NCBI GenBank assembly: GCA_963843575.1
Contig: CAWJKZ010000014.1
Span: forward strand, 512,001-576,000
Source: an uncultured Acidobacteriota bacterium
GTDB lineage: Bacteria > Acidobacteriota > UBA6911
Direction: 5' to 3'
DNA length: 64,000 nucleotides
The notes below the pieces were generated by a model, which ran no database searches, was not told the DNA's origin, and saw only the letters and a list, made by a program, of their open reading frames with translations. Positions 41,736 through 52,755 of this stretch are shown here, piece after piece. Made by a program: the position numbers and the translations under genes. Every line of letters begins with the position of its first letter. Positions within the stretch are counted from its first letter, which is position 1.

Positions 41736-42641
41736 CTACTTCAGCAGCAGCCGGGCCAATTCTGCCTTAACGTGGGCAGGGACCTCGTCGAGGTCGGCCC
41801 AGACCACCGGCGACTTGAAGTGGGCAGGCGTCACCTTCGCCGTGACTATCTCCGTGCGGAACAGCTGGGCTTCCGCGAGCATCTCCCCGAGCGGGCTTAT
41901 GATGAAGCTGTCGCCATACCCGATGCGGGACGGCTTTCCGGTGACCACCACGTTCGAACGGGCCACGACAAGCTTCATCTGGCAGGCCAGGCCCACGTGG
42001 CAGTTGCGCACCCAGATCCGGTGATAGTTGACCCGTTGCGCGTCGATGTCGTTGTAATGGGGGGAGAAAAGTATTTCCGCCCCCTTCATCTTGGCGATCA
42101 GGGCGAGGTGCGGAAACGAACTGTCGTGGCAGATGATGACGGAGAAGCGGGCGCCGTTGGCGGTAAACACGGGCATTTCGGTTCCAGGGAGGAACCGCAG
42201 CTCGTCCCGGTCCCCTTCCGTGAGCATCGTCTTGTCATACATCCCGAGCAGCTTGCCGCGGTGGATCACCAGCACCGTGTTGTAGATGCCCTTTTCGCTG
42301 ACACGGGCGATCCCGACCATAACAACCATCTGGTGCGCCCCACTCTCGGCGATGAAGGCCTGCAATCCGGGATCGTCCAGCCGACGTGCCCCCTTGCGCA
42401 TATTCTCCGGCGTATCGTAGCCCGACAGGAAGGTCTCCGGGAGCGCGAGAAAATCGCTCCCGCGCGCCAGGGCCTCGGCCACCGCTCGTCGCGCGGTTTC
42501 GAGGTTGGCGGCGAAGTCGCCGTCCCGGCACGGCCCCTGGTAGACGGAGACAACCACGTCCCGCTCCAGCGCGGCGACTCGCGCCGCGGAGAAACCCAGC
42601 ATCAATAGGGTCAGGCCACAGGCGGATATGAGTCGAAACAT
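41736..42641 (-). CDS. Carbon-nitrogen hydrolase (nitrilase superfamily) with signal peptide
   Basis: E-K-C triad: LPETFLSGY, YDK, IICHD; G.SFIISP.G. Confidence 0.85.
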   Translation of the reverse strand: MFRLISACGLTLLMLGFSAARVAALERDVVVSVYQGPCRDGDFAANLETARRAVAEALARGSDFLALPETFLSGYDTPENMRKGARRLDDPGLQAFIAESGAHQMVVMVGIARVSEKGIYNTVLVIHRGKLLGMYDKTMLTEGDRDELRFLPGTEMPVFTANGARFSVIICHDSSFPHLALIAKMKGAEILFSPHYNDIDAQRVNYHRIWVRNCHVGLACQMKLVVARSNVVVTGKPSRIGYGDSFIISPLGEMLAEAQLFRTEIVTAKVTPAHFKSPVVWADLDEVPAHVKAELARLLLK

Positions 42642-42662
42642 TGGTACTTACCTCCTTTAAAT

Positions 42663-42820
42663 GCGGAAGCCGGAAACGGGAAGCCGGGAGCCCTCGATCC
42701 TGCCGGTCGAAGGGCGTCCGATCTGTCCTCGTTGCTCTGGCTCCCTGCGCACACGGTTCGAGTGTCACTCCGTCCACCGCATCCACCGTCGCCCACTGGC
42801 TTCGAGTTCCGGCTTCCCGC
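42663..42820. repeat. Intergenic element with heptamer-based terminal inverted repeats
   Basis: Left arm gcggaagccggaaacgggaagcc, right arm ggcttcgagttccggcttcccgc; shares the 13-mer gcggaagccggaa with the element at 29037. Confidence 0.6.
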
Positions 42821-42859
42821 GGTCTTATCGAACGGAATTCACCCCGCGGCACGAGATCG

Positions 42860-43678
42860 CTAATCGTAAGTCAACTTGAGCCGGCGTACCCAGATGTTGC
42901 GAAACCGGATCGGGTTGCTGTGATCCTGCAACAGGAGCGGCTCCTGCGCCCCGTGCGGCGCGTACTTTCCCACAAGCCTGTGGGCCACCTGGCCTATGAA
43001 CGCCTGATGGTTGTGCATCAGGACGCCGTTGTGGAGAAGCGTCAGGTATGCCGGCTTGGCGACCTTGTCCCCTTCAAACCTGGGAGCTTCAAACACGATG
43101 TCGTAGGTCTGCCATTCACCCTGCTTGCGCGAGGCGTTAACCAGCGGTGGGTATTGGCCGTACATCGCGGCCGCCTGCCCATCGGCGTAGGTGACGTTGC
43201 CGTTGGAATCGAGCACCTGGATCTCGTACCGGCTCATGAGCATGACGCCACTGTTGCCGCGTCCCTGGCTCGACCCGGGCGTTCCGGACGGTATGCACCA
43301 TTCGACGTGCAGCTGACAGTCGCCGAACTTCTCTCTTGTAACGAGGCTGCCGGTGCCGGGGGCGATCTCGAAGTATCCGTATTCGACCTTCCATTGACCA
43401 TTGGGGATCTTCCCTCCCTGCAGCTGCCATTGGGACAGATCCTTCCCCCCGAAAAGGACGACGGCGTCCGAAGGAGGCATGGCCGGGGTATTCGGCGGTG
43501 CCGGGTTCACCGCCACCGGTTGAGGACGGTCCGCGTCGTGCACCCGCCACTTTCCGTCGGGCAGGAACGGGGTGTCGGTGTACCCTTCTTTTTTCTGCTG
43601 CGCAACGAGGCAGACACAAACAAGGCACGTGGTGATGGCGACAACCGCAAGGAGAACCCTCTTCCGTCTGGTGGTCAT
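42860..43678 (-). CDS. DUF1080 (3-keto-disaccharide hydrolase-like) exported protein
   Basis: PPSDAVVLF.G.DL, FGDCQLHVEW, GNSGV, YEIQVLD, GEWQTYDI, LQDH, FRNIW. Confidence 0.9.
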   Translation of the reverse strand: MTTRRKRVLLAVVAITTCLVCVCLVAQQKKEGYTDTPFLPDGKWRVHDADRPQPVAVNPAPPNTPAMPPSDAVVLFGGKDLSQWQLQGGKIPNGQWKVEYGYFEIAPGTGSLVTREKFGDCQLHVEWCIPSGTPGSSQGRGNSGVMLMSRYEIQVLDSNGNVTYADGQAAAMYGQYPPLVNASRKQGEWQTYDIVFEAPRFEGDKVAKPAYLTLLHNGVLMHNHQAFIGQVAHRLVGKYAPHGAQEPLLLQDHSNPIRFRNIWVRRLKLTYD

Positions 43679-43793
43679 GATCCATTCCTTAGTCTCAAAA
43701 GGGTGAACGCGGGCAGGAAGCGCGTCGTCCGCAACCGATTCTGGTTCAGGGCAAACCCGGGTGACAAGCTGATTTTCTGCGGCGGCACGGGCA

Positions 43794-46629
43794 TCATCTC
43801 CGCGTGGCTTTCTCGACCAGGTAGAGGACAGAGCGGTAGTTCCGGCCGGTGGCACTGGACATGCCGGTCTCACACGGGATGTTGCTCGAGTAGTAGCCGT
43901 CGTAAGAGCGCCGCTTGACTTCGGCCGCCTCGAGCATCGTGGCCGATTGCGTCAACTCCGGGAACAGAAGGCCCCGGTCCCCGGCGAAGGCGCAGCAGTC
44001 CAGGTCCAGGGGAACGTGGACCGACCTGGCGCAGCGCCGGGCCACGGCGACCATTTTGTCCTGCAGGTTCATCTTCCGTGCGGCGCAGTTCGGGTGCAGG
44101 ACGACATCCTCGTCCAGGGCGCGGATCTCCAGCTTGGGCAGAAGGACATCGTGAACGAACTCCAGGCTGTCGAGCAGCGTCAGCTTTTCCCACAGAGCCT
44201 GGTCCTGCTCCGTGAGAACGTCGCGGCAGGTGCGCAGCGTGTAGGCGCACGACGTCATGTCGATGACGACCGGGAGTTCTCCCTGACGGGTCCATGTCCC
44301 CATGAAGGCCAGGGTCCGGTGCAGCGTGGCCTTGAATGCTTCCGTGTACCCGGTCGAACCGAAGGGCATCCCACAGCAGTGCCCTTTTGCATCACCGGGG
44401 ATCCACACCCGCACGCCGGCGCGTCGTGCGACCTCGACGAGCGTTTCGGCCAGCGACGGGGCGCCGCGGGCCGGTACCCCCATGGTGCGCGATATGCACG
44501 ACGGAAAATAGACGAAGCTCGCCCCCGCAGGTTCGGTGCGCGGCAGGCGGCGGGGCACGTGTTGAACCGCCTCGTTCCACTTCGGGAGCGTGCGGCCCAC
44601 GACCCGCTCGGCTGCACGCGTGACCGCCCGGACCGTGCCCGAGCCCAGCACCGCTTCCGCCGCGTGCCCGGCCCGGAGCGCGGCGCGCAACGTGGCTTCG
44701 GCAACCCCGAAATGCTCTGCGACCCACACGCCGGCGCGCTGTCCCTTCGGGCCGACCTTTTCGGCTCGCAGCCTCTTGGTCAGGTCGCCAGTGTTGATGC
44801 CCACCGGGCAGCTTGTCGCGCACAGCCCGTCGGCAGCGCAGGTTTCCACGCCGTAGTAGTCGTAGTCCTCGGTCAGCGAGGCGAGCTCGGTCGAGCAGGC
44901 GGGGTCCGTGCGCAGTCGCGCCATCTCGCGGCGCACGACGATGCGCTGGCGCGGTGTCAGGGTGAGGCGCCGGCTTGGGCAGCGCGGCTCGCAGAACCCG
45001 CACTCAATGCACTTGTCCACCTCGGACTCGACCGCCGGAAGCGTTTTGAGATCCGTCACATGGCATCTGGGATTCGCATTGATGATGACGCCCGGGCTGA
45101 GGATGCCGCCCGGGTCGAGCAATTGCTTCAGATCGGCCATGATCGCGCACGCGTTGGCACCCCACTCCGTCTCGAGGAACGGCGCCATGTTGCGCCCCGT
45201 GCCGTGTTCCGCCTTCAAGGCACCGTCGTACTTGCCCGACACGACGCGCACGAGATCCCCCATGAAGGCTTCGAACTGGCGCACCTCGCCGGAGGTGTTG
45301 AAGGACTGAGACATTACGAAGTGCAGGTTGCCGTCCTTGGCATGGCCGAAGATGATCGCGTCCTCGTAGCCGTGCGTCTGGAACAGACCCTGCAAGTCGG
45401 TCACACCGTCGGCAAGCCGCGGCACCGGAAACACAATATCCTCGATCAGGATGGTCGTGCCCGGACGCCGCATCGCCCCCAACGACGGGATCATCCCCTT
45501 CCGCAGTTTCCATAGATCGGCTTGGGCTGCTGGATCCTCGGTGAATTCGGGATCGTGGATCAGGGTCAGTTCCCTGCAGGTGCGCTCCGCCGCGGACCGG
45601 AAAGCGGCGACGTCGCGGTCGGCTCCCTGATATTCCGCCAGGATGGCGGAGGCTCCGGGGGGGAGTTGCGCGAGCAGTGCCGGCGCCCCAGGCAGCTTTT
45701 CGACGGAGCGGAGCGAGGCCCGGTCCATGATTTCCGCGGCGCGCGCGCCCGACTCCCGCAGAGGAGCGATAGCCCGGGCCGCGTCCTGGACGCTGCCGAA
45801 GTAAAGCTGACCGGTGTATTTGCGGGGGTATTCCGGGAGGGTGTCGAGCACGGCTTCCGCGATGAAGCCGAGCGTCCCCTCCGATCCGATCATCAGGTGC
45901 ACCAGGATGTCCAGGGCCGAATCGAAGTCGACGAACGCATTGAGCGAGTACCCGTTGTTGTTTTTCATCTGGTAGCGCGTACGGACTCGTTCGCTCAGCC
46001 CGGCGTCGGAAAGCAACCGCCGCCTCAACTCCAGCAGCCCACGCGCCACCTCGGGCGCTTCCGCTGCAAACTTCTCCTGCGCGCCGGCAGCGCCCGTGTC
46101 GAGCACCGAGCCGTTCGGAAGCACGACGGTCATCGACCGGACGGTTCGATAGGCGTTCTCGGAGACTCCGCAGCACATGCCGCTCGAGTTGTTCGCCAGC
46201 ATGCCTCCGATCATGCACACGTCCAGCGAGGCTGGGTCGGGACCAATCCGGCGGCCGTACGGTTTCAGCACGGCGTTGACGTAGGAGCCGATCAGGGCAG
46301 GCTCCACGCGCACCTGCTTTCCCCCCGTCTTCGACCTGGACGCGGCGCCAGGCCTTCGTGATGTCGACGAGAATCCCGTCGGTCACCGATTGGCCCGACA
46401 GGCTCGTCCCCGCCGCACGGAACGTGGCCGGGACCCCCGTCCTGCCGCTGAAACGGAACAGGCTGCGGATTTCGCCCGTCGTCGACGGCTGCACCACCAC
46501 CTGCGGCACCAGGCGGAAATAGCTGGCGTCGTTGGCGTAGGCAACCCGTTCGATGGGGCGGCTCAGAACGCGCTCGGGCCCGAGCAGTTGCACTAACTCC
46601 CGCAGGGCTCCCTGATCCAGTGTGCTCAT
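43794..46629 (-). CDS. FAD- and Fe-S-dependent D-lactate dehydrogenase (Dld-II-like), frameshift near 46315
   Basis: TFRAAGTSLSGQ, GPDPAS, GSEGTLGFI, GHAKDGNLHF, KAEHGTGRNMAPF, CIECGFCE..CP, CCG domains. Confidence 0.88.
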
Positions 46630-47754
46630 CGGCTTGACCTCCCGCGCCCGATCCGCAGGACGCCGGATCCGGCCGGCTCCTGCTGAGTCAGGCAATGCAG
46701 CGTTCCGAAACCGAGCACCAGGTCGACCGCGTGGATCCCGACGACGCTCCTGTCCGGGAAAAGTTCTCCCAGGATGCCGAGCGCCAGGCGGTCCCTGGGA
46801 TCGTTGAACGTGGGCACGATGACCGCGGCGTTGCTGATGTAGAAATTGGCATAACTCGCAGGCAGCCGCCCGCCGTCGAAAAACAGGGGTCCCGGCATCG
46901 GCAGCGGCACCACTTCGGGCCTCGCTCCGTCCTCGAGCCGGAAGTCGCGCACGCGCTCCCAGTTTTCCGCCAGCGGACGATAGTTGGCGTCGCGCGGGTC
47001 GTCTTCCCTCACCAGCACCACGGTCGCCGGGTTCACGAACCGGCAGATGTCGTCAACGTGGCCGTGCGTGTCGTCCCCCGCGATGCCCCGTCCGAGCCAG
47101 AGCACGTTGTTCGCGCCCAGGTAGTCCCGGACCGCTTCTTCGAACGCGCGCCGGCTCATCCCGGGGTTGCGGACCTGCACGGCAGGATCGAGGTAGCACT
47201 CGTCGGTAGTCAGGAGAGTTCCCCGGCCGTTGACGTCCACGCCTCCCCCTTCCAGCACGAAATTGCGGCGGCCGTGCCGGGCCCGGAACAGCCGTTTTCC
47301 GAGACACCGGCCGGCCGCGAGCGGGCACGCGGCGGTCGCGCCGCCAGTCCGGGTACTTCGCCCACGCGTTGAAGTGGAAGTCGACGATCGCCGTCTCCAG
47401 CCGTCGCCGGAACGTACGCCGTACGAAAATGGGGCCGCTGTCGCGCATCCAGCCGCGGTTCGTGGGCTGAACGACGAACTCGACGGACGCCGTACTCGCC
47501 CCTGCACGCGCCAGGTACCGGCGCGCGCGCCGCTCCTCGGACCTCGAGTCGACCAGGATCCGCACCTTCTCTCCCGCGGAGATCTTGCGCACGATCTCCC
47601 CGTAGACCCAACGGATGGTGTCGAGCTTGTCGGGCCAGTCGGTCGGGTTGTGTGGCCAGCCGAGCCACGTGGCCGCGTGCCGCTCCCATTCCGCCGGCAT
47701 CGAAAAGCCGAGCGCGGCGGGGGTGTCTTCTGACGCAGGTTCCGGTCTTGCCAT
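46626..47754 (-). CDS. aguA: Agmatine deiminase (PAD_porph family), frameshift near 47320
   Basis: MPAEWE.H..TWL.WP, WMRDSGP, FNAW, LEGG, DDTHGHVDD, ASYANF, G.GTLHCLTQQ. Confidence 0.9.
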
Positions 47755-47877
47755 GTGAAGAACTTGCCATGGATTTGACGAAATGCGGCAATTTTTTTTG
47801 TGCTACGCTTGACAGTCTCAAAGATGGTTGAAGCCGTATAATTCATTTCTTTTGCACGAGGGGAACGGGACAGCGCC

Positions 47878-49089
47878 ATGGCCAAGGATCGGAAGAAGAA
47901 CGCTCGGTACCGGGAAGATCTTTCGGAGACGCCCGATTGGCTCAAGAAGAAGAAATGCCCGCATAGGGAGAAATACCTCTCCGGCCAGCGCATCATGCCG
48001 CCCAACATCACCGGACGGGAAAAGCCGGCAGACCTGGTCGACGGGACCTTTCTCGCATACAACGGGGCCCGGCTGAGGGAAGGCTGCCAACTCTTTGTCG
48101 AAAAGATGCTCGATCCCGACGTCACCATCGGGATGAGCCTTTCGGGGGCGCTGACCCCCGCCGGCCTGGGATGTTCCTGCATCGTCCCGCTGATCAGGGC
48201 CGGCTTCGTGGACTGGATCGTCGCCACGGGAGCCAACCTCTACCACGACCTCCATTTTGCCCTCAACTACCCGGTGCATGCCGGCAGCTTCAAGATGGAC
48301 GACACCGACCTGCGCAACAACGACATCGTGCGCGTGTACGACGTCTTGCTCGGTTACAGCGACTGCCTGATGGCAACGGACGAGATCCTGCGCGAAATCC
48401 TGGTGCAGCCCGAGTTCCAGAAGGAGATGGGGACGGCCGAGTTGCACTACCTCATTGGCCGTTATGCAGCCGAGTGGGAGCGCAAGGCCGGGTTGAAGAA
48501 CGTCTCCGTGCTCGCGGCGGCTTACCGGGCTGGCGTTCCGTGCTACACATCGTCTCCCGGGGACTCGACCATCGGGATGAACGTCGCCGGGGTGGAACTG
48601 CGCGGCAACAAGCTACGGCTAAATCCCTCGATCGACGTGAACGAAACTACGGCTTTCGTGCTCGCGGCCAAGCGCGGCGGGGGCAAGAGCGCCGTGGTGC
48701 TCTGGGGAGGCGGCAGCCCGAAGAACTTCATGCTCCAGACCGAGCCGCAGATCCAGGAGGTCCTGCGCATCAAGGAGTTCGGCCAGGACTACTTCCTGCA
48801 GGTGACCGACGCGCGCCCCGACACCGGCGGTCTGAGCGGGGCGACTCCTAGCGAGGCGGTGAGCTGGGGCAAGGTCGATCCCGAGCGGTTGCCGGACGCC
48901 GTGGTCTGCTACACGGATACGACCATTGCCATGCCGCTGCTGACGCACTACGCCCTGGCGCGCCACAAAGCCCGCGCCTCGAAGCGCCTGTACGACCAGC
49001 GCGGGCCGATGGTCAATGCCCTCACCCGGGAGTATTTCAAGCACACCAGGGTGAAGATGGTCGACGGCTCCGACCCGGTGCTCGGCTAG
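47878..49089 (+). CDS. Deoxyhypusine-synthase-like protein (homospermidine biosynthesis, SpeY-like)
   Basis: [42 protein letters not shown] (catalytic Lys retained). Confidence 0.88.
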   Translation: MAKDRKKNARYREDLSETPDWLKKKKCPHREKYLSGQRIMPPNITGREKPADLVDGTFLAYNGARLREGCQLFVEKMLDPDVTIGMSLSGALTPAGLGCSCIVPLIRAGFVDWIVATGANLYHDLHFALNYPVHAGSFKMDDTDLRNNDIVRVYDVLLGYSDCLMATDEILREILVQPEFQKEMGTAELHYLIGRYAAEWERKAGLKNVSVLAAAYRAGVPCYTSSPGDSTIGMNVAGVELRGNKLRLNPSIDVNETTAFVLAAKRGGGKSAVVLWGGGSPKNFMLQTEPQIQEVLRIKEFGQDYFLQVTDARPDTGGLSGATPSEAVSWGKVDPERLPDAVVCYTDTTIAMPLLTHYALARHKARASKRLYDQRGPMVNALTREYFKHTRVKMVDGSDPVLG

Positions 49090-49105
49090 ATCGCGGAGAC
49101 TCCCG

Positions 49106-50241
49106 ATGAACGCGAGACAACTGCAGGCCATTGCGAAAACCCACGGCACCCCCGTGGTCGTCATCGATCACGAAATCATCCGCCGCAATTATGCGCGGTA
49201 CAGGAAACACCTGCCCAAGGTGCAGGCCTACTATGCGGTGAAGGCCAACCCGGCGCCGGAGATAGTGCGCACCCTCTACCGCGCGGGGGCCAGTTTCGAC
49301 GTCGCCTCCCTCCCGGAGTTCATGCTGGTGTGCGACAACATCAGGCACCTGCCCGTCGGGGAACAGCAGGATTTCATCTGGGACAAGATCGTGTTCGCCA
49401 ATCCGACCAAGCCCAAGGAGACCCTGCGAGGCGCTCGATCCGTACCGGCCGCTGGTCACTTTCGACAACGTGAACGAGCTGCACAAGATCAAACAGCATG
49501 CCCCGAACGCGGGCGTGGTCCTGCGGCTGCGCGTGCCGAACACCGGCTCGATGGTCGAACTCTCCTCGAAGTTCGGGTGCGACCCGGGGGAGGCGGTCGA
49601 CCTGATCGTCGAGGCGTTCAGGATCGGTCTCACGGTCGAAGGGCTCAGTTTCCACGTCGGCAGCCAGTGCACGAATTTCGACAACTTCGTCCAGGCGCTC
49701 AACATGGCTTCGGCGGTGATGCGCGAGTCGTCGGCCCGGGGGCACGCGCTGCAGATCCTGGACATCGGCGGCGGGTTCCCGGTGCCCTACGACCGGCACG
49801 TGAAACCGTTCAGTCTCCTGGCGCGCAAGATCAATGCCGAGATCAACCGGCTCTTTCCGGAAGACATCCAGATCCTCGCCGAGCCCGGGAGGTTCCTCGT
49901 CGCGACCGCGGCAACGCTGGTGGCCAGGGTCATCGGGAAAGCCGTCCGCGACGGCAAGACCTGCTACTTCATCGACGACAGCGTCTACCACACGTTTTCA
50001 GGCATTATTTTCGACCACTGCCAGTACCACATAAAGGCCTTCAAGGGGGGCAAACCGGAGATCTGCTCCGTCTTCGGCCAGACCTGCGACGGGCTCGACA
50101 CGATCTCGCATTCGGAGGAACTGCCCGAGCTCGACCTCGAAGACCTGGTGTACTCGGAGAACATCGGAGCCTACAGCAACGCCTCCTCGACCTGGTTCAA
50201 CGGCTTCCCGCCCGCCAAGGTCGTGCCATGTGAACGAGTAA
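49106..50241 (+). CDS. Fold-type III PLP ornithine (or lysine) decarboxylase, frameshifts near 49428 and 50225
   Basis: YYAVKAN, FDVAS, FANPTK, SKFG, SFHVGSQ, LDIGGGF, EPGR, GQTCDGLD, GAYS...FNGF. Confidence 0.9.
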
Positions 50242-50311
50242 GAACAGGGTGCTGATTGAAGGGGGTTGGTCTGTCGAGCGGTCACGTCGCGTGGAACCCC
50301 GACCGGCGTCC

Positions 50312-51277
50312 CTAGCGTTCTTCGAACGGCAGAAGGACCCGCACGTTTTTCGACTTGCACCTCAGAGAGAGGCGGCGCGCCGTTGCGGGGGCCAGAAACG
50401 AATACTTGCCGTTGAGATCCCGGGCGAGATGGATGAAGTTGAAGGTCAGGGCACCGCGGCCGGTGCTCTCCCGGGGCAGCCTCAGGATATCCGAGCCCGG
50501 TGCCAGCGCACCGAACACGGAGGCTACCCCTCCGGACCGGCGCGCCAACTCGAAATAGTCGGCGAGCCAGCTGCCGTACTGGGGACGCGGAACGTACACC
50601 GGGTAGAGGAAGACGCGCTCCCGGGCGAGCGTGGCGAACAGTGGGGCCCGTTTTGCCCCGGGATTCAGGTTGCCGTCCGACAGGATGACCACGGCCTTGC
50701 GGACCTCCCGCCCGGCCAACGACGGGTCCCGTGCCGCGAACTCCGTCAGTTCGCCCGCAGAGTAACTGAGGCCGTCGATCAAGCCCCCCCGCCCCAGCCT
50801 CACGGTCTCCCCCGATCCGACCGCACTCAGTTCGGTGCGGTTGCGGGCGAACCGGCGGAACGCATCGCGCAGGGCTGCCGCGTCGTGCGCCAGCGGGGCG
50901 AGCGTCTCCAACCGGTCGCTGACAAGCTTCACCCCTATGGCCGACGCCGGGTGGAAGAGCGCGAATATCGCCTCAGCGGCGCCGGACTGGTTCTCGATCA
51001 TCCGGGCGTCCACCCCGGGGTTGAAATCGATCAGCACCCAGGCAGCCAGGGGAATGCTTTGGTCGGCCTGATGCAGGCCGCCGCGAAAACCGGTCAATTC
51101 GGCACGACGCCCGTCGATCCGGAGTTCGAATTCGGAGGCGGTGAGCCCCAGCACCGGCCGCTCGGATGGACCGAGGGCGGAGAAGTACACCCGCTGCAAG
51201 CCGGGCCCGGCTTGCAGGGCCGCCAGAAGCACCAGGTTAGGGATCAGGGACACGCCGCAGGCGGTGAGCTGAATCAT
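50312..51277 (-). CDS. Exported hypothetical protein, degenerate VWA-like
   Basis: PVLGL.ASEFEL.IDG, WVLIDFNPG (degenerate MIDAS), KAVVILSDG, LARRSGG. Confidence 0.55.
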   Translation of the reverse strand: MIQLTACGVSLIPNLVLLAALQAGPGLQRVYFSALGPSERPVLGLTASEFELRIDGRRAELTGFRGGLHQADQSIPLAAWVLIDFNPGVDARMIENQSGAAEAIFALFHPASAIGVKLVSDRLETLAPLAHDAAALRDAFRRFARNRTELSAVGSGETVRLGRGGLIDGLSYSAGELTEFAARDPSLAGREVRKAVVILSDGNLNPGAKRAPLFATLARERVFLYPVYVPRPQYGSWLADYFELARRSGGVASVFGALAPGSDILRLPRESTGRGALTFNFIHLARDLNGKYSFLAPATARRLSLRCKSKNVRVLLPFEER

Positions 51278-51406
51278 CGTGCTGGAGATGTCGTGGCGCC
51301 GGTTGCCGGGGAGGTACGCCCCAAGTTGTGTTTACCTACGGCGCGTCCTCAATTGTAGAATGGGCCCTCACACGAGCGCAATCCGATTCAGGACTGGGAG
51401 GTGCAC

Positions 51407-52733
51407 ATGAGATCGGCAACACCACGCTGGATCATTCCTCTGTTTGCGGTTGTGCTGGCCGCGCCCGGCCTCGTGTCTCAGGATCTGACCGGGCAGGTGC
51501 AGGTGCGCGTGCAACTCGATCACCCCGACTGGACCTACACCCCTGGCCAGCCGGTGCTTTTCCGCATCAGCGCCGTGCGCGACGGCCAACCGCTCCCGGG
51601 AGCGCGAACGACGGTCAGGATCGGCCCGGAGATGATGCCTCCCGAAATCGAGAAGACCGTCGACCTGCCGGCCGAGGGCGCCACCGTCGAGGGGGGCACC
51701 ATGAGGAGGCCAGGGTTTCTTCGCTGCATCGCTTCGATCGAGCACGAGGGAAGGAGCTACCGCGGCCTGGCGACCGCTGGCTTCCAGCCCGGAGAGATCC
51801 GGCCCACGACGGAAGACCCCGCCGACTTCGACTCCTTCTGGGCCGGGGCGAAGGCGGCACTGGCCAAGATCCCTCTCGATGCGCGCCTGACGCCGCTCCC
51901 CGACTACGGCACCTCGACCGTGGAGGTCTACCACGTCAACCTCCAGAACATCGGGGAGAGCGCACCGAGCCGGCTCTACGGGATCCTGTGCCAGCCAAGG
52001 GCGGAAGGTAAGTACCCCGCGGTCCTGTCCGTGCCCGGGGCGGGCGTGCGGCCCTACCGCGGCCTGGTGGAACTGGCCGAGAAGGGGCTGATCACGTTTC
52101 AGATCGGGATACACGGATTGCCGGTGAACCTCGACCCGGCCGTTTACGAATCGCTCCGGGTCGGCGCCCTGGCAGGATACCCGGGGTTCGGGTTGGACAG
52201 CCGCACCCGCTACTATTACTACCGCGTGTTCCTCGGCTGCGTGCGCGCCAACGACTTCATCGTCGGCCTCCCGAAATGGGACGGCGGCAATCTCCTCGTC
52301 ACGGGCGGGAGCCAGGGGGGAGCGCTGTCGATCGTGACGGCCGGGCTCGACCCCCGAGTCAAGGGCCTGGCGGCGTACTACCCGGCCCTGTCCGACGTCA
52401 CCGGATACCTCAATGGCCGGGCCGGAGGCTGGCCCCACATTTTCCGGTCGGAACAGGACCCGACCCTGCGGATGAAGGAAAAGGTCGAGACTTCGCGCTA
52501 CTACGACGTCGTGAACTTCGCGCGGCGCGTGCGTGTGCCCGGCCTTTACACGTGGGGGTTCAACGACGAAACGTGCCCGCCCACGTCGATGTACTGCCGC
52601 GTACAACGTCATCCCGGGACCCAAGAAACTCCTGCTGGCGCTGGAAACCGGGCACGGCAGCGTGCCCGAGCAGGTGGACCGGGTCAACCGGTGGATCGAG
52701 GAGTTCCTCAAGAGCGGCGGAGCCCAACACTGA
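51407..52733 (+). CDS. Acetyl xylan esterase / cephalosporin-C deacetylase (CE7-like), frameshift near 52597
   Basis: Signal peptide; PADFDSFW, GGSQGG nucleophile elbow, FNDETCPP, GH. Confidence 0.85.
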
Positions 52734-52755
52734 TCGAGACGGAGTGGAATTGCAC

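Noticed and set aside
47809-47842. Perfect TTGACA and TATAAT boxes upstream of the DHS-like gene
   Set aside because: The spacer is 22 nt, so they cannot form one canonical promoter; the real promoter cannot be fixed by eye.
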